A DNA stretch of 28,056 nt, from positions 1-28,056 of the IMG/VR virus record IMGVR_UViG_3300032233_001815; one strand, 5' to 3'. Positions 14,046-23,711 of the stretch are shown here, one piece after another. The stretch is from a virus. Taxonomy: Duplodnaviria; Caudoviricetes. A model generated the notes under the pieces. That model worked only from the letters and a program-made list of their open reading frames with translations. It was not told the origin of the DNA and did no database searches. The number at the start of each line of letters is the position of its first letter. Positions within the stretch are counted from its first letter, which is position 1. The position numbers and the translations under genes are program-made.

Positions 14046-16022
14046 GTGGCAACGGAAAAGGAAACACTCAAGCTAGACCTCGACGCCACTGACCTGATCC
14101 TCGGAGCCAATAAAGCATTAGCCTCGATTGAAAAAATTGGTGACGCAAAGAACGTCGCTGGCCTCGTGACCGGCCTGAAGAACGTAACCGCGGGACTCGC
14201 TGCGGTCGGCGTTTCCCTTGGAGCTTTCAAGCTCGCCCTCGATGCCGTCATGGAAACGGAAGCCATCGAACGTATCAACAAGCAGTTCGATACGCTGGCC
14301 GAGGGCGCGGGCCTATCTGGGGACGCTATCCGAAGCAAGCTGGTCGGCGCGGCGCAGGGCCTTGCCGATGACGAGGAGATCCTACAGGCGGCCAACCGCG
14401 CCATCGTTTCCATGGGAAAGAACGCCGAGAAGCTCCCAGAGTTAATGGAACTTGCTCGCAAAGCCACAGCCGTCATGGGCGGCGAGGTCGTCAACAATTT
14501 CGAGATGATCTCGAACGCCGTTGCGTCCGGGAACACACGCGCCCTCCGGCAGCTCGGAATCGTTGTTGACCTTGAGAAAGCTCAACAAAAGTACGCGCTC
14601 GCGCACGGCGTCACGATCTCGCAGTTGACCGACGAGCAGCGAAAACAGGCGATGCTGAACGCCGTCCTAGCAAAGCGCGACGAAGCGTTCAAGGGCATCG
14701 AGATCGCTGGAAATAGCGTAACGATTCTCATCAAAAAAATCGGCGTTGAAATTGGTCAGAGCCTTGAAGTCATCACCGTTTGGGTTGGCAAACTTATCGG
14801 GCCCACGTTTCAAAAAGTGTTTGGAGCGATCAAAGAATACGCGACCGACGCCCGGCTGTTTCTCGAATCAAAAATGGGAGACGCCGCTACCCGTGCAAGT
14901 GCCGACTATGACCGGCTAATCCGCAAGCAAGCGGACATGAAAGAGGACCTAGTTAGGCTTCAGGAGCTTCAAGAGAAGTGGGGTCGTGGCGATCCAATGC
15001 TCGCTCAACGCCGCGCCGCAGATATTGAACGGCTACAAAAGGCCCTGACCGACATTGTTCCAAGGCTAGAAGCAGCGAGGGAAGCGAAAGAAAAATTCGA
15101 AGCGCCGGGTAAAGAGGGGGAGGCCGCCCGAGTTGATACGACCGCAGCCGACCTTCAGAACCTTGAGCGCAAGCGCGAGATCGAGGAAAAGACCCTCGCA
15201 CTCAAGGTCCAGACCGCCACCTCTGAAGAAGAAGTCGCAGCCCTATCCGCAGCCCGCAAGCTGGCAATCGAGCAGGAGCTTGCCGCGAGTATCGAAACCC
15301 TAAGGGCACAGGGCGCGCGCGGCGAGATCACGAACGTGGCCGAGCAAGAGGCGTTGCTTCGCGAACAGGCGGCGCAACGCATCATGCAGATCAACGACGG
15401 TTTGGTTGCAAATCAGACCGCAGCCCTCGACCGTCAGCAGAAGGCAAACACAACTTTTTATCAAGGTTGGAAAAACCAAAGCGCACAGGCCGCGCTCGCC
15501 CTTTCTCGCGATCAGATGACGTGGGCGAAGGCCGGAGCGATCGCAAACGATACGCTCACCAAGACAATGGCCGCCGGGTTTTTGAATATCAGCAAGGGCT
15601 CAAAAGAGGCCCTTAAGGCGATGAAGAATCAATTCTTCCTAATGATCGCGGACAAGGCTCAAGCCGAGGGTATGCTTCACATGGCCGCCGGTATCCTGAA
15701 CCCGGTTGAGTTCGGAGTCGGTGGCGCACTGCTCGCCTTGTCCGGGCTTATTCGCGGACTTGCTGGTGGCGATCTCGGGGCCGCTGGTGGTGGCGGCGCG
15801 GTATCCGGTGCGGCCGGTGGCCTGTCGATCCCGGAAACCCCTGCGCCGCGCCCGGAGGCGCAGCTATCCCCTGAAGCCGGCAGGCCCGGAAGGTCCGTTA
15901 CGATCGCGATTCAGGGTCACTACTTTGAAACCGAGCAAACTCGTCGTAGCTTGATGGAGATGATCCGCCAAGAGACAGACGCGACCGAATTCAAGTATGT
16001 TCAAATCCCTCAGAGCGGGTGA
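14046..16022 (+). CDS. Tape measure protein
   Basis: 658 aa Ala/Leu-rich helical protein after G/GT; GNTRALRQLGIVVD motif; C-terminal VTIAIQG. Confidence 0.9.
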   Translation: MATEKETLKLDLDATDLILGANKALASIEKIGDAKNVAGLVTGLKNVTAGLAAVGVSLGAFKLALDAVMETEAIERINKQFDTLAEGAGLSGDAIRSKLVGAAQGLADDEEILQAANRAIVSMGKNAEKLPELMELARKATAVMGGEVVNNFEMISNAVASGNTRALRQLGIVVDLEKAQQKYALAHGVTISQLTDEQRKQAMLNAVLAKRDEAFKGIEIAGNSVTILIKKIGVEIGQSLEVITVWVGKLIGPTFQKVFGAIKEYATDARLFLESKMGDAATRASADYDRLIRKQADMKEDLVRLQELQEKWGRGDPMLAQRRAADIERLQKALTDIVPRLEAAREAKEKFEAPGKEGEAARVDTTAADLQNLERKREIEEKTLALKVQTATSEEEVAALSAARKLAIEQELAASIETLRAQGARGEITNVAEQEALLREQAAQRIMQINDGLVANQTAALDRQQKANTTFYQGWKNQSAQAALALSRDQMTWAKAGAIANDTLTKTMAAGFLNISKGSKEALKAMKNQFFLMIADKAQAEGMLHMAAGILNPVEFGVGGALLALSGLIRGLAGGDLGAAGGGGAVSGAAGGLSIPETPAPRPEAQLSPEAGRPGRSVTIAIQGHYFETEQTRRSLMEMIRQETDATEFKYVQIPQSG

Positions 16023-16025
16023 CGC

Positions 16026-16802
16026 ATGGCACTAACAACGACCAGCGCATTTTTCTACGGCCTTGAGGTGACAACGGTTAATCGCGCGCTCGACTTTCAA
16101 GTCGGCGCAACGGCTTATGCCGCGACCCTAAATATCGGCAACTATACGGCGACCACGCTTTGCGCCGAGATCGTCCGCGCCCTACAGGCCGCCGATATTG
16201 TGAACACCTACACGGCGACCTATTCGCGGACAGTCGTGGGCGGCAATATCCAGACGCGCATCACGATTGCGAGTTCGACAACGACCTTCAAACTTCTATT
16301 CGGCACCGGGGTCCGCCTAACCATCTCATGCGCCGACCTTCTGGGCTTCGCCTCGACCGATACTGCTGTCGGCAGTACATTCACCGGGTCGATGGACTTT
16401 GGCACGACGATCGAGTCCGAACTCGTGGGATATACCTACCTCCCGCCCGAGGCTATGCGCAAGATCAACGGATCGCTGAATGTCGCGGCAAGCGGAGTCA
16501 AGGAAGCGGTCATCTTCAGTGTTCAGGAATTCTTTCAGGTTGAATTCAAGTATGAGCCCGAGGCCAAGACGATGACCGAGTGGGCTGACTTTCTTCGATA
16601 CGCAACGCAGCAAAAGCTGATCGAGTTCGCCGAAAGTGCGGCAAGCCCGGGGACGACGATTGATTGCACTCTGGAAAAGACGGACTACGACGGCAAGGGA
16701 ATGGGATATCAGATGAAGGAGATGCTTCCTGACTTTCCTTTCTTATATCGCACAGGCATCATGCAGTTTCGAGTGAGGCCGACGGCGGCCTCGATCATTT
16801 GA
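16026..16802 (+). CDS. Tail tip protein (distal-tail position)
   Basis: 258 aa beta-rich protein immediately after the tape measure; synteny only. Confidence 0.55.
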   Translation: MALTTTSAFFYGLEVTTVNRALDFQVGATAYAATLNIGNYTATTLCAEIVRALQAADIVNTYTATYSRTVVGGNIQTRITIASSTTTFKLLFGTGVRLTISCADLLGFASTDTAVGSTFTGSMDFGTTIESELVGYTYLPPEAMRKINGSLNVAASGVKEAVIFSVQEFFQVEFKYEPEAKTMTEWADFLRYATQQKLIEFAESAASPGTTIDCTLEKTDYDGKGMGYQMKEMLPDFPFLYRTGIMQFRVRPTAASII

Positions 16803-16810
16803 GGTGAGCA

Positions 16811-19294
16811 ATGGGCGTCATTAACGGGACTCCAGTCAACGCAAGCAACACAAACGCGGCGTTCTTGAACAAGAACCAAGCCGACCAGATGACGTTCCCC
16901 CTAAGCCTCACCTCAACGCTTGCGATCTCGAAGCGAGATGAGTCCAGTGCGGCGACAATCAATGCGCTTGCAACCTCAACCGCTTTGGTCAGGATTACGG
17001 GTACTGTAGCTACACTAAATGGTGCAGTAGCTCCAACAACTTACACCGACGGATCGCTGCTGATCGTCTCGAACGCAAGCGCGAACACGATCACGATCAA
17101 CCACGAATCCGGATCGGCGACCGCCGCGAATAGGTTCGCGCTCCCCGGGTCAACGCTTTTGACGCTTACCGCCGGACAAGCGGTTCAATTCTACTACGAC
17201 ACGACCGCCGCCCGATGGAGGGCCGCCGCTGGGTCTGGGGCCGGGGGCGGAGGGGCTTCCGCGTGGGCCACGAGCTACGCATATCAGGCCGGTAATTCGG
17301 TGACGTATTCTGGCAACCTTTTCCTTGCACTGACCAACCACACCTCGGGCTCGACGTTTGAAGCGGATTTTGCTCTGGGCTACTGGCGCATAATCAATCG
17401 CCCAGTGCTGGCAAAGAACTACTTCGATGTGGGTTCGAACTTTGAATCGAATACCGTGTCGGGTTGGCAGCTATTCACGACAACCTTAACCGGCGTGATC
17501 CCGACCGGATCGTTGACGCTTGGGACGGCCGCTTCAATCTCAATCGCAGCAACATCGACAAGCCCGCTCTCGGGAACCTATAGCCTCGCGGTCGGCAACA
17601 CGGCATCGACCAACATCACGGCCGGTCAGGGAATCATCTCGCAAGTCTACGCGCTCGATCAGGTAGACCAAGCCAAGGTCCTAGCGACTCGCTTCGCGTA
17701 CAAGGCAGCGGCGAACCTTTCGACCGCGCTCATGAACTTCTCGGGCACAAGCTCGAACACTTGGGCAGTCTATATCTACGACGTGACGAACTCCGCGTGG
17801 ATCCAGCCCGCCGGCGTCTACAACCTTGTTCAGTCCTCTGGCGTCGGGATCCAGACCGGCACATGGCAGACGCCCTCGAACATGTCGCAGTTTCGCATCG
17901 CGCTCGTATGCGTGAACTCAACGACCGGAACGACTCCGGCCGCTAACGCTTATCAGATGATCTTTGACGAGTTCTATGTCGGGCCACAAGCTCAGGCGTC
18001 AGGCCCGTTCGTAGGCGACTGGCAGGACTTCCCGAGCGTCGCCGCCGGGACTTTGCTTACTGCCACGACTAGCAACCCGACCTACGGAACGGTTCAGCAC
18101 AACAAGGCGCAGTGGCGTCGAGTTGGAAGCGACATGGAAATCCGTTGGGACTTCAGGCAGTCCACCGCAGGAACAGGGGGAAGCGGAACCTATCTGTTCA
18201 ACCTCCCCGCCGGATATCAGATGGATTCGTCCAAAGTCACGATCAGCGCGACCAACGACGACTCCAAGAGCGTCGGCGTATTCGACTATAAAGACGGCAC
18301 GACAATCGGGACCGGATATTTAGTGGCGCATACTTCTATCGCTATGCGCTGGGTAATGCAGTTCAATAATGCCGGCACATCGTATGGAACCGGCACAATC
18401 AATTCGACATTTGGTCAGCTAACAAACGCGCTTGTCGAGTATTCAATTAAGGCTCGCGTTCCGATTCTTGGATGGTCCTCAAACTCGGTTCAAAGCTCGG
18501 ACACTGACACTCGGGTGGTGGCGGCTAGGTATTATCAGGCGTCAAACACAACACAGGGCGCAAATTTCCTAGATTGGCCAACAAAAGATTTTGACACTCA
18601 CTCTGCCGCTACAACAGGATCAAACGTATGGAAATATACGGTCCCTGTTGCTGGAACATATAGAGTCACCGTTGAATTTTCGGGCGTAGCAAACTCGAAC
18701 ATTTATCTGTATAAAAATGGATCACAAGTAACGGCAGGAAGGCTGATTTATACTCAGTCAACTGGAAATGGGAACGGAAGTCAGACCGTTTTTTGCGTTG
18801 CTGGAGACTATCTTCAGGTTAGTTCGGGTGGGGCTAACCTATATAATGGCGCAATTTGCATCGAACGCATCTCCGGTCCGGCCACCATCGCCGCGAGCGA
18901 GCAAGTCGCTGCGGCATATTGGGCAAGCGCAAACGGAACCGCAAATACCACAACCCCAATTAACTTCGACTCGAAAGAGTTTGACACTCACGGAGCTGTG
19001 ACGACCGGCGCAAGTTGGAAATTCACGGCACCTCGCTCGGACATTTACACTTTTGGATTTGTGGCGAATCAATCCGCTGGAGCCACGATCTATTGGCATG
19101 TGTATAAAAATGGCACAATTTACAAGTTGCTAAACTACGCGACGGCCCCGCCCGGATTTAACTTCAGTTGCTCGACTCAGGTATATTTGAACGCCGGTGA
19201 ATACATCGACATTAGGTCGTCTGCCTCAGCGCCATATTCCGGCGGTGCCCTTTCGTCAAACAGTGGGTCCAACTTCTGGATTCGCACGAGGTGA
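16811..19294 (+). CDS. Tail fibre/receptor-binding protein with CBM5/12-like motif and two C1q-like domains
   Basis: Ser/Thr/Gly-rich 827 aa; AWATSYAYQAGNSVTYSGNLFLALTNHTS; tandem FDTH...WK(Y/F)T.P...YKNG...G(D/E)Y(L/I) domains. Confidence 0.8.
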   Translation: MGVINGTPVNASNTNAAFLNKNQADQMTFPLSLTSTLAISKRDESSAATINALATSTALVRITGTVATLNGAVAPTTYTDGSLLIVSNASANTITINHESGSATAANRFALPGSTLLTLTAGQAVQFYYDTTAARWRAAAGSGAGGGGASAWATSYAYQAGNSVTYSGNLFLALTNHTSGSTFEADFALGYWRIINRPVLAKNYFDVGSNFESNTVSGWQLFTTTLTGVIPTGSLTLGTAASISIAATSTSPLSGTYSLAVGNTASTNITAGQGIISQVYALDQVDQAKVLATRFAYKAAANLSTALMNFSGTSSNTWAVYIYDVTNSAWIQPAGVYNLVQSSGVGIQTGTWQTPSNMSQFRIALVCVNSTTGTTPAANAYQMIFDEFYVGPQAQASGPFVGDWQDFPSVAAGTLLTATTSNPTYGTVQHNKAQWRRVGSDMEIRWDFRQSTAGTGGSGTYLFNLPAGYQMDSSKVTISATNDDSKSVGVFDYKDGTTIGTGYLVAHTSIAMRWVMQFNNAGTSYGTGTINSTFGQLTNALVEYSIKARVPILGWSSNSVQSSDTDTRVVAARYYQASNTTQGANFLDWPTKDFDTHSAATTGSNVWKYTVPVAGTYRVTVEFSGVANSNIYLYKNGSQVTAGRLIYTQSTGNGNGSQTVFCVAGDYLQVSSGGANLYNGAICIERISGPATIAASEQVAAAYWASANGTANTTTPINFDSKEFDTHGAVTTGASWKFTAPRSDIYTFGFVANQSAGATIYWHVYKNGTIYKLLNYATAPPGFNFSCSTQVYLNAGEYIDIRSSASAPYSGGALSSNSGSNFWIRTR

Positions 19295-19297
19295 TCA

Positions 19298-19729
19298 ATG
19301 CTCAAAATCAAAGTAACTGAAAAATCTGGGGCCTCGATTGAATACTTGAGCGAGCAAATGCTCGACCTATCGAAGTTCGGGCACGGTCGCCCGGAGCGGT
19401 GGCAAAAGGAATACCGCGAGTTTGATCTTGCTCCCGGTGTTGAACCGTATGATAGGGCCGATGTGATTGCCGAAGAAGATCGGCCGAGCCCGGTCGATCC
19501 CGAGACTCTTGAACACTGGGTCAAACTCAAGGCCGACTACTCGGTCGAGGTCGAGGACGTCACCTATGCGCACGAGCTTGCACAATGCATTGCGAATCGC
19601 AAAGCCGAATACCCGACTCCCGAGCAGTTCTTGAACGCGTTCTTTGACGGCGGACAGTCGGAGTTAGACGCGCTTCACGCCCAGCGTCTTGAGATCAAGG
19701 CAAAGCACCCAAAGCCACAGGCTGAATGA
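19298..19729 (+). CDS. Putative tail fibre assembly/accessory protein
   Basis: Follows the fibre gene; C-terminal RKAEYPTPEQFL...IKAKHPK resembles the R..EYP....QLD...IK.KYPK motif of phage fibre chaperones; GAGGTG RBS. Confidence 0.6.
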   Translation: MLKIKVTEKSGASIEYLSEQMLDLSKFGHGRPERWQKEYREFDLAPGVEPYDRADVIAEEDRPSPVDPETLEHWVKLKADYSVEVEDVTYAHELAQCIANRKAEYPTPEQFLNAFFDGGQSELDALHAQRLEIKAKHPKPQAE

Positions 19730-22203
19730 GCACGAATAATTACCCCGCAAACTTTTCTGCGCTGAACAGCTCGCAGAGCAAGGCCCTGAATCTCGTCCTT
19801 GAGATTGACGGGCTCGGGGTCACGTTCTCGCTCCGGCAAACCTATAAGCGCGCCGACTATGGCGACCCGGGACTGGTGTACGGACTCGCCGGCCTGACCT
19901 ACGGCGGCCTGTATATTGACGACACTTCATTGCCGTATATATCGACGGAAAGCAGCCTCAGCATCCAGCAGAGGCTAGAGCCTGAGCAGGGCCGCGCCTC
20001 CATCTCACAGATGAGCATCGTGCTTATTGACAAAGACGGATACGTCTCGAACATCGTCAGCCCGGGGGGCTCGGTGCTCCCTGAGATTCTCGGCCGTTCG
20101 ATCAAGATCAGAGTCGGATACGAGCAAAGCGGGTACCCCGACGACTATTACATCGCTTACCGCGGGATCATCACGACGGTCACGACGCAAGCCGGACGCG
20201 TAACGCTGGGCTTCGGGGACGCAAACCAAAAGAGAAGGCAGGCGGCATTCAAGCTCGCAAAATCCACGCTCGATGTGGCGATCACCGGGCTCCCGACAAC
20301 GATCTATACGGATACAGATAACTTCTACCAGATTGGGCGCACCGGGATTGACCCGATTGATTTTGACACGAAGTGTTACCTAAAGATCGACGACGAGGTG
20401 ATTCAATACGGAAACATTCCGTTCTCGGGTCAGGTCACAAGCCTCACCAGAGGCCAGCGCGGAACGACTTCGGCAAATCACGCGTCTGGCGTGGACATTC
20501 TGAACACGATTCAAATTCAGGGGCACCCGATCACGGTTGCCCTAAAGATTATGCTCTCGGGTTGGAATGGCCCCTATCTGTCCGGTGAGACTTTTCAAGC
20601 TCTCGGGACGAACGGTTCATCGAGCCTGACGAACGGGATTCTGCTCAATTCTGAAAAGGACGCGGTTCTCGATTATGGTTTAAGCGTTGGAGATTCTGTT
20701 ACGGTAACCCGGCCGGACACGACGTTTTCCACCTACATGATCACGGCCATTGAGGGCGGGCAGGGCCTACAGAACAGGGTGCTTCGCACCGATAGTCCAA
20801 CGGGATATCTTGCCGACGCAACAGGATACACGCTTTCATTCCGGTCGCAGTTCGACACGCTCCCGGTTCTCGCTGGCCTCAAGATGAGCCCGCAGGACGT
20901 TGATGTTGCCGGTCATATCGCGATCAGGGACACAGATCTCACGGATGCGTCCTACTACGTTCAGTTATACGTTCAGAGTCAGCAGGTCGGCAAAGAGTTC
21001 ATCGAGCAGCAGCTTTACCTACCTTTTGGACTGTATTCACTGACCAAATTCGGAAAGCTGTCGGTAGCCCTGACAAAAACGCCGATTGCGACGAGCGACC
21101 TAGTATTCCTTTCGGTCGACAATATCCTAGAGGCGGAGAACATCACGCAGACCCGTTCGATGAACTCGCGAAAGTTCTTCAACGAAATTCAATTCAACTA
21201 TGATCAGGCGGATGACGGAAAATATCTCAGCGTCAGGCGTTCTCTCGACACGGACTCGCTGAATGAAATTGGAATTTTGAGCATCCTTCCTATCTCGTCG
21301 AACGGCCTCAAGACCTCGCTCGGGGCCGCTACGGTCGTGACAAATATCTCGACGAAGTTGCTGAACCGATACAAGCGCGGGGCCTACGAGATCAAGGTCA
21401 AGGTCAACTTCGGAACGGGTGCCGAGATCGAGGTTGGCGACGTCGTCGCAATTCAGGACAACGGGACGCTACACATCACGAACTTCGACACGGGCGAGCG
21501 CGACCTTGAAACGACGCTTTTCGAGGTCATCGACAAGACGATGGACGTTAAGTCGGGGACCGTATCGCTCGGGCTGATCTCGGGACAATTCGGATCTGCC
21601 GCGGATCGGTTCGGGACCATCTCGCCGAGTTCCGTCGTGGCGACTGGCAGCACCGCGTCAAGTATCCGAGTCGCCACGAGCTACGGGGCGGCACTTGAAC
21701 AGGACAAGTGGCAGGACTACATCGGTCAGCCGATCATCATTAGGGACTCGGACTGGACGAGCGTCACGCAGGTGACCTTGAGCAGCATCGACACGGCGAC
21801 GACGCCCATCGCTCTCAATGTCTCCCCGGCCTTGGGATCCGTCCCTCCGGCGGGATACATTGTGGACATTCCGCCATATCCGAACACGACCTACCGCGCA
21901 GAAAACTCGCTCTATAAGTCGCTTCACGGGTTCATGGACCCGTCTGTTCCATGTCTTGCGGGGGGCTCAGCTTTCGGTTTCGTCGTGTCTGGGGCTGATA
22001 TCGACCAGTTTCTGGTAGGAGCAACCCTGCTTGTGCGGGACACGAACTGGAGCACGGTGAGCCCGGAGGTCCGGGTCGCTGCGGTCGATCCGGGAACAAA
22101 TACCGTGACGGTTGCGGCCTCTCTTGGATTTTCCCCCGGCGTTGGCTACTATGCTGAAATCGTAGGCTTCAAGGACGGAGGCGCGGGCTACCGCGTATAT
22201 TGA
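19726..22203 (+). CDS. Tail hub/central tail-tip protein
   Basis: 825 aa; YLKIDDEVIQY...LTRGQRGTTSANH and IEVGDVVAI hub-like motifs; duplicated C-terminal RD..W...LG..P..GY repeats. Confidence 0.7.
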   Translation: MSTNNYPANFSALNSSQSKALNLVLEIDGLGVTFSLRQTYKRADYGDPGLVYGLAGLTYGGLYIDDTSLPYISTESSLSIQQRLEPEQGRASISQMSIVLIDKDGYVSNIVSPGGSVLPEILGRSIKIRVGYEQSGYPDDYYIAYRGIITTVTTQAGRVTLGFGDANQKRRQAAFKLAKSTLDVAITGLPTTIYTDTDNFYQIGRTGIDPIDFDTKCYLKIDDEVIQYGNIPFSGQVTSLTRGQRGTTSANHASGVDILNTIQIQGHPITVALKIMLSGWNGPYLSGETFQALGTNGSSSLTNGILLNSEKDAVLDYGLSVGDSVTVTRPDTTFSTYMITAIEGGQGLQNRVLRTDSPTGYLADATGYTLSFRSQFDTLPVLAGLKMSPQDVDVAGHIAIRDTDLTDASYYVQLYVQSQQVGKEFIEQQLYLPFGLYSLTKFGKLSVALTKTPIATSDLVFLSVDNILEAENITQTRSMNSRKFFNEIQFNYDQADDGKYLSVRRSLDTDSLNEIGILSILPISSNGLKTSLGAATVVTNISTKLLNRYKRGAYEIKVKVNFGTGAEIEVGDVVAIQDNGTLHITNFDTGERDLETTLFEVIDKTMDVKSGTVSLGLISGQFGSAADRFGTISPSSVVATGSTASSIRVATSYGAALEQDKWQDYIGQPIIIRDSDWTSVTQVTLSSIDTATTPIALNVSPALGSVPPAGYIVDIPPYPNTTYRAENSLYKSLHGFMDPSVPCLAGGSAFGFVVSGADIDQFLVGATLLVRDTNWSTVSPEVRVAAVDPGTNTVTVAASLGFSPGVGYYAEIVGFKDGGAGYRVY

Positions 22204-22739
22204 TGGGAACACCGATCACACCAAGCCGTAATAATATCTACATCGAAGGCGCGCAATTCCGCTCCGCGATCTCCGAGGATCTAGTCCAGCGCGTCGGATC
22301 GTCGATCAACTTCATCAACTCGTATCAGTATTCAGAGAAGCAGTTCTTCATCAACGGTCTTTATGGGACAGCCACGACTCCGGTGCTTGGAGTTGATGGC
22401 CTCGCAGTGTTCGAGTTTGACGCTTACATCATCGACGCGTGGATGTTCAACATCGTCAACGGATCTTCCGGTACCACGGAGTTAGACTTGAAGATCGCAA
22501 CGACTTCAGGTGGGGCTTTTACTAGCATCTTTTCGACGACCCCAAAAATCACGACCGCAGCCGGCAACAATGTTTGGGTGGGATCTCCGAGCGGAGCATA
22601 CACTCCGCCCACAGGAACGACTCAACCTGTGTTTGCGACGCGAAACATCAACGCATATACGGCAATTCGTCTAGATCTTTTGCAAAAGCAAACGGGCGGA
22701 CAGAACTGCGGGATCATCATCCACTACAGGCCGAGGTAA
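22203..22739 (+). CDS. Putative tail-tip structural protein
   Basis: TGATG coupling to the hub gene; beta-rich with an SIFSTTPKI segment. Confidence 0.6.
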   Translation: MGTPITPSRNNIYIEGAQFRSAISEDLVQRVGSSINFINSYQYSEKQFFINGLYGTATTPVLGVDGLAVFEFDAYIIDAWMFNIVNGSSGTTELDLKIATTSGGAFTSIFSTTPKITTAAGNNVWVGSPSGAYTPPTGTTQPVFATRNINAYTAIRLDLLQKQTGGQNCGIIIHYRPR

Positions 22740-22742
22740 TTC

Positions 22743-23117
22743 ATGGCAACGTACTCGACAAACACGACATTGAAAGTAAACGCCGCTATTTCTTCGAATA
22801 GCGGTACAAGAACCGGTGCCGGAACCTATTCGATTTATACTTCGCCAGCTAACGGATACTCTGTGGTCAATGTTTTTTTAACGTCAAGTGGGCCAAACAC
22901 CAGCAGCGTCGAAGTTGTTGGGGCAACTATTTTCTATCAAAACACATCATCAAGTTGGGCGTCCTCTGCTGGGTCAAATACTGGAACGACCGGCTATAAT
23001 CTTTTTTGTGGGCAAGCATACTTAGGTCCCGGCCAAACAATTTCGCTAAAAATTCAATCAATAACCTCGGGAGCTGTCCGCTGTGATGTTTCCGGAGTAG
23101 AATTCTTGAACAGCTAA
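22743..23117 (+). CDS. Small Ser/Thr/Gly-rich putative receptor-binding or tail accessory protein
   Basis: GAGGT RBS; last gene of the tail operon; visibly AT-richer than flanking genes. Confidence 0.6.
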   Translation: MATYSTNTTLKVNAAISSNSGTRTGAGTYSIYTSPANGYSVVNVFLTSSGPNTSSVEVVGATIFYQNTSSSWASSAGSNTGTTGYNLFCGQAYLGPGQTISLKIQSITSGAVRCDVSGVEFLNS

Positions 23118-23530
23118 GACTTCACCGTCAGGGTGAACTCCTGAGCGTCACCCTGTAAGCGCATAAACTTATCGAAGGCGAGTTTCGAGCCCACGATCAT
23201 CTTCTGCTTTCCGCTCGTCCATCCGAGGCCCGTGCCGACGAGAACGCAGCCCTGCGAGTCTCGGTTGTAGTTCCCGACATGGAACAGAATCCCCCAATGC
23301 CCTTCAACGCCCTTGATCTCGAAGGTGTCGAACGAGTCGCCGTCGGCCTTGAGCTTATGGGGCCCGCGGACGCAGGTATAGACGCCATCTTTGACCTTGG
23401 GAAGCCACTCGTCGTTGTGCTGGTAAGCGTGCTCAAGAGCGGAAAACAAAAACGCTCCGGTTTTCGCGCAAAAAATATCGCTGAAGATTCCATCCGGTCG
23501 GTATTCCGCGCGCTTTAAGATCAAGTCCAT
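23114..23530 (-). CDS. DUF5675-like protein (L,D-transpeptidase-like His/Cys motif), candidate endolysin
   Basis: LILKR...ALE...GVY...GILFHVGNYNRDSQGCVLVG; GAGGG RBS; adjacent to holin/spanin-like genes. Confidence 0.8.
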   Translation of the reverse strand: MDLILKRAEYRPDGIFSDIFCAKTGAFLFSALEHAYQHNDEWLPKVKDGVYTCVRGPHKLKADGDSFDTFEIKGVEGHWGILFHVGNYNRDSQGCVLVGTGLGWTSGKQKMIVGSKLAFDKFMRLQGDAQEFTLTVKS

Positions 23531-23548
23531 GCGTTGCCCTCTGCTTCA

Positions 23549-23617
23549 ATGGTTGCGCCCGGGCGCGTCATGGTCAACCCGTGGCGGGTTTGAAATTCCA
23601 AAAAACTAGGTCAAAAT
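23549..23617. promoter_or_regulatory. Candidate back-to-back sigma70-like promoters with palindromic operators
   Basis: Minus strand TTGACC (23572-77)-N17-AACCAT (23549-54); plus strand TTGAAA (23590-95)-N16-CAAAAT (23612-17); palindromes GCGCCCGGGCGC (23555-66) and AACCCG-tgg-CGGGTT (23576-90). Confidence 0.45.
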
Positions 23618-23657
23618 GGGCTCATAGGTCAGACCACACCGCTGACCCTTCCCTGCG

Positions 23658-23690
23658 CGGGGCCGGACTCATGGATGAGGCCGCGCCCCG
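23658..23690 (+). promoter_or_regulatory. 5' leader hairpin with CsrA/RsmA-type site (UCAUGGAUGA) at its apex
   Basis: CGGGGCCGGACTC-ATGGAT-GAGGCCGCGCCCCG; matches the (A/U)CANGGANG(U/A) consensus; second GGA in the SD at 23701. Confidence 0.5.
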
Positions 23691-23711
23691 GCAAACTTTT
23701 GGAGCTCTCAA

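Noticed and set aside
18500-19294. Diversity-generating retroelement TR/VR pair in the fibre gene
   Set aside because: The repeats are diverged in-frame domain duplicates with mismatches not confined to adenines; no reverse transcriptase in the window.
23114-23530. Invertible segment explaining the reversed DUF5675-like gene
   Set aside because: No flanking inverted repeats or site-specific recombinase seen.
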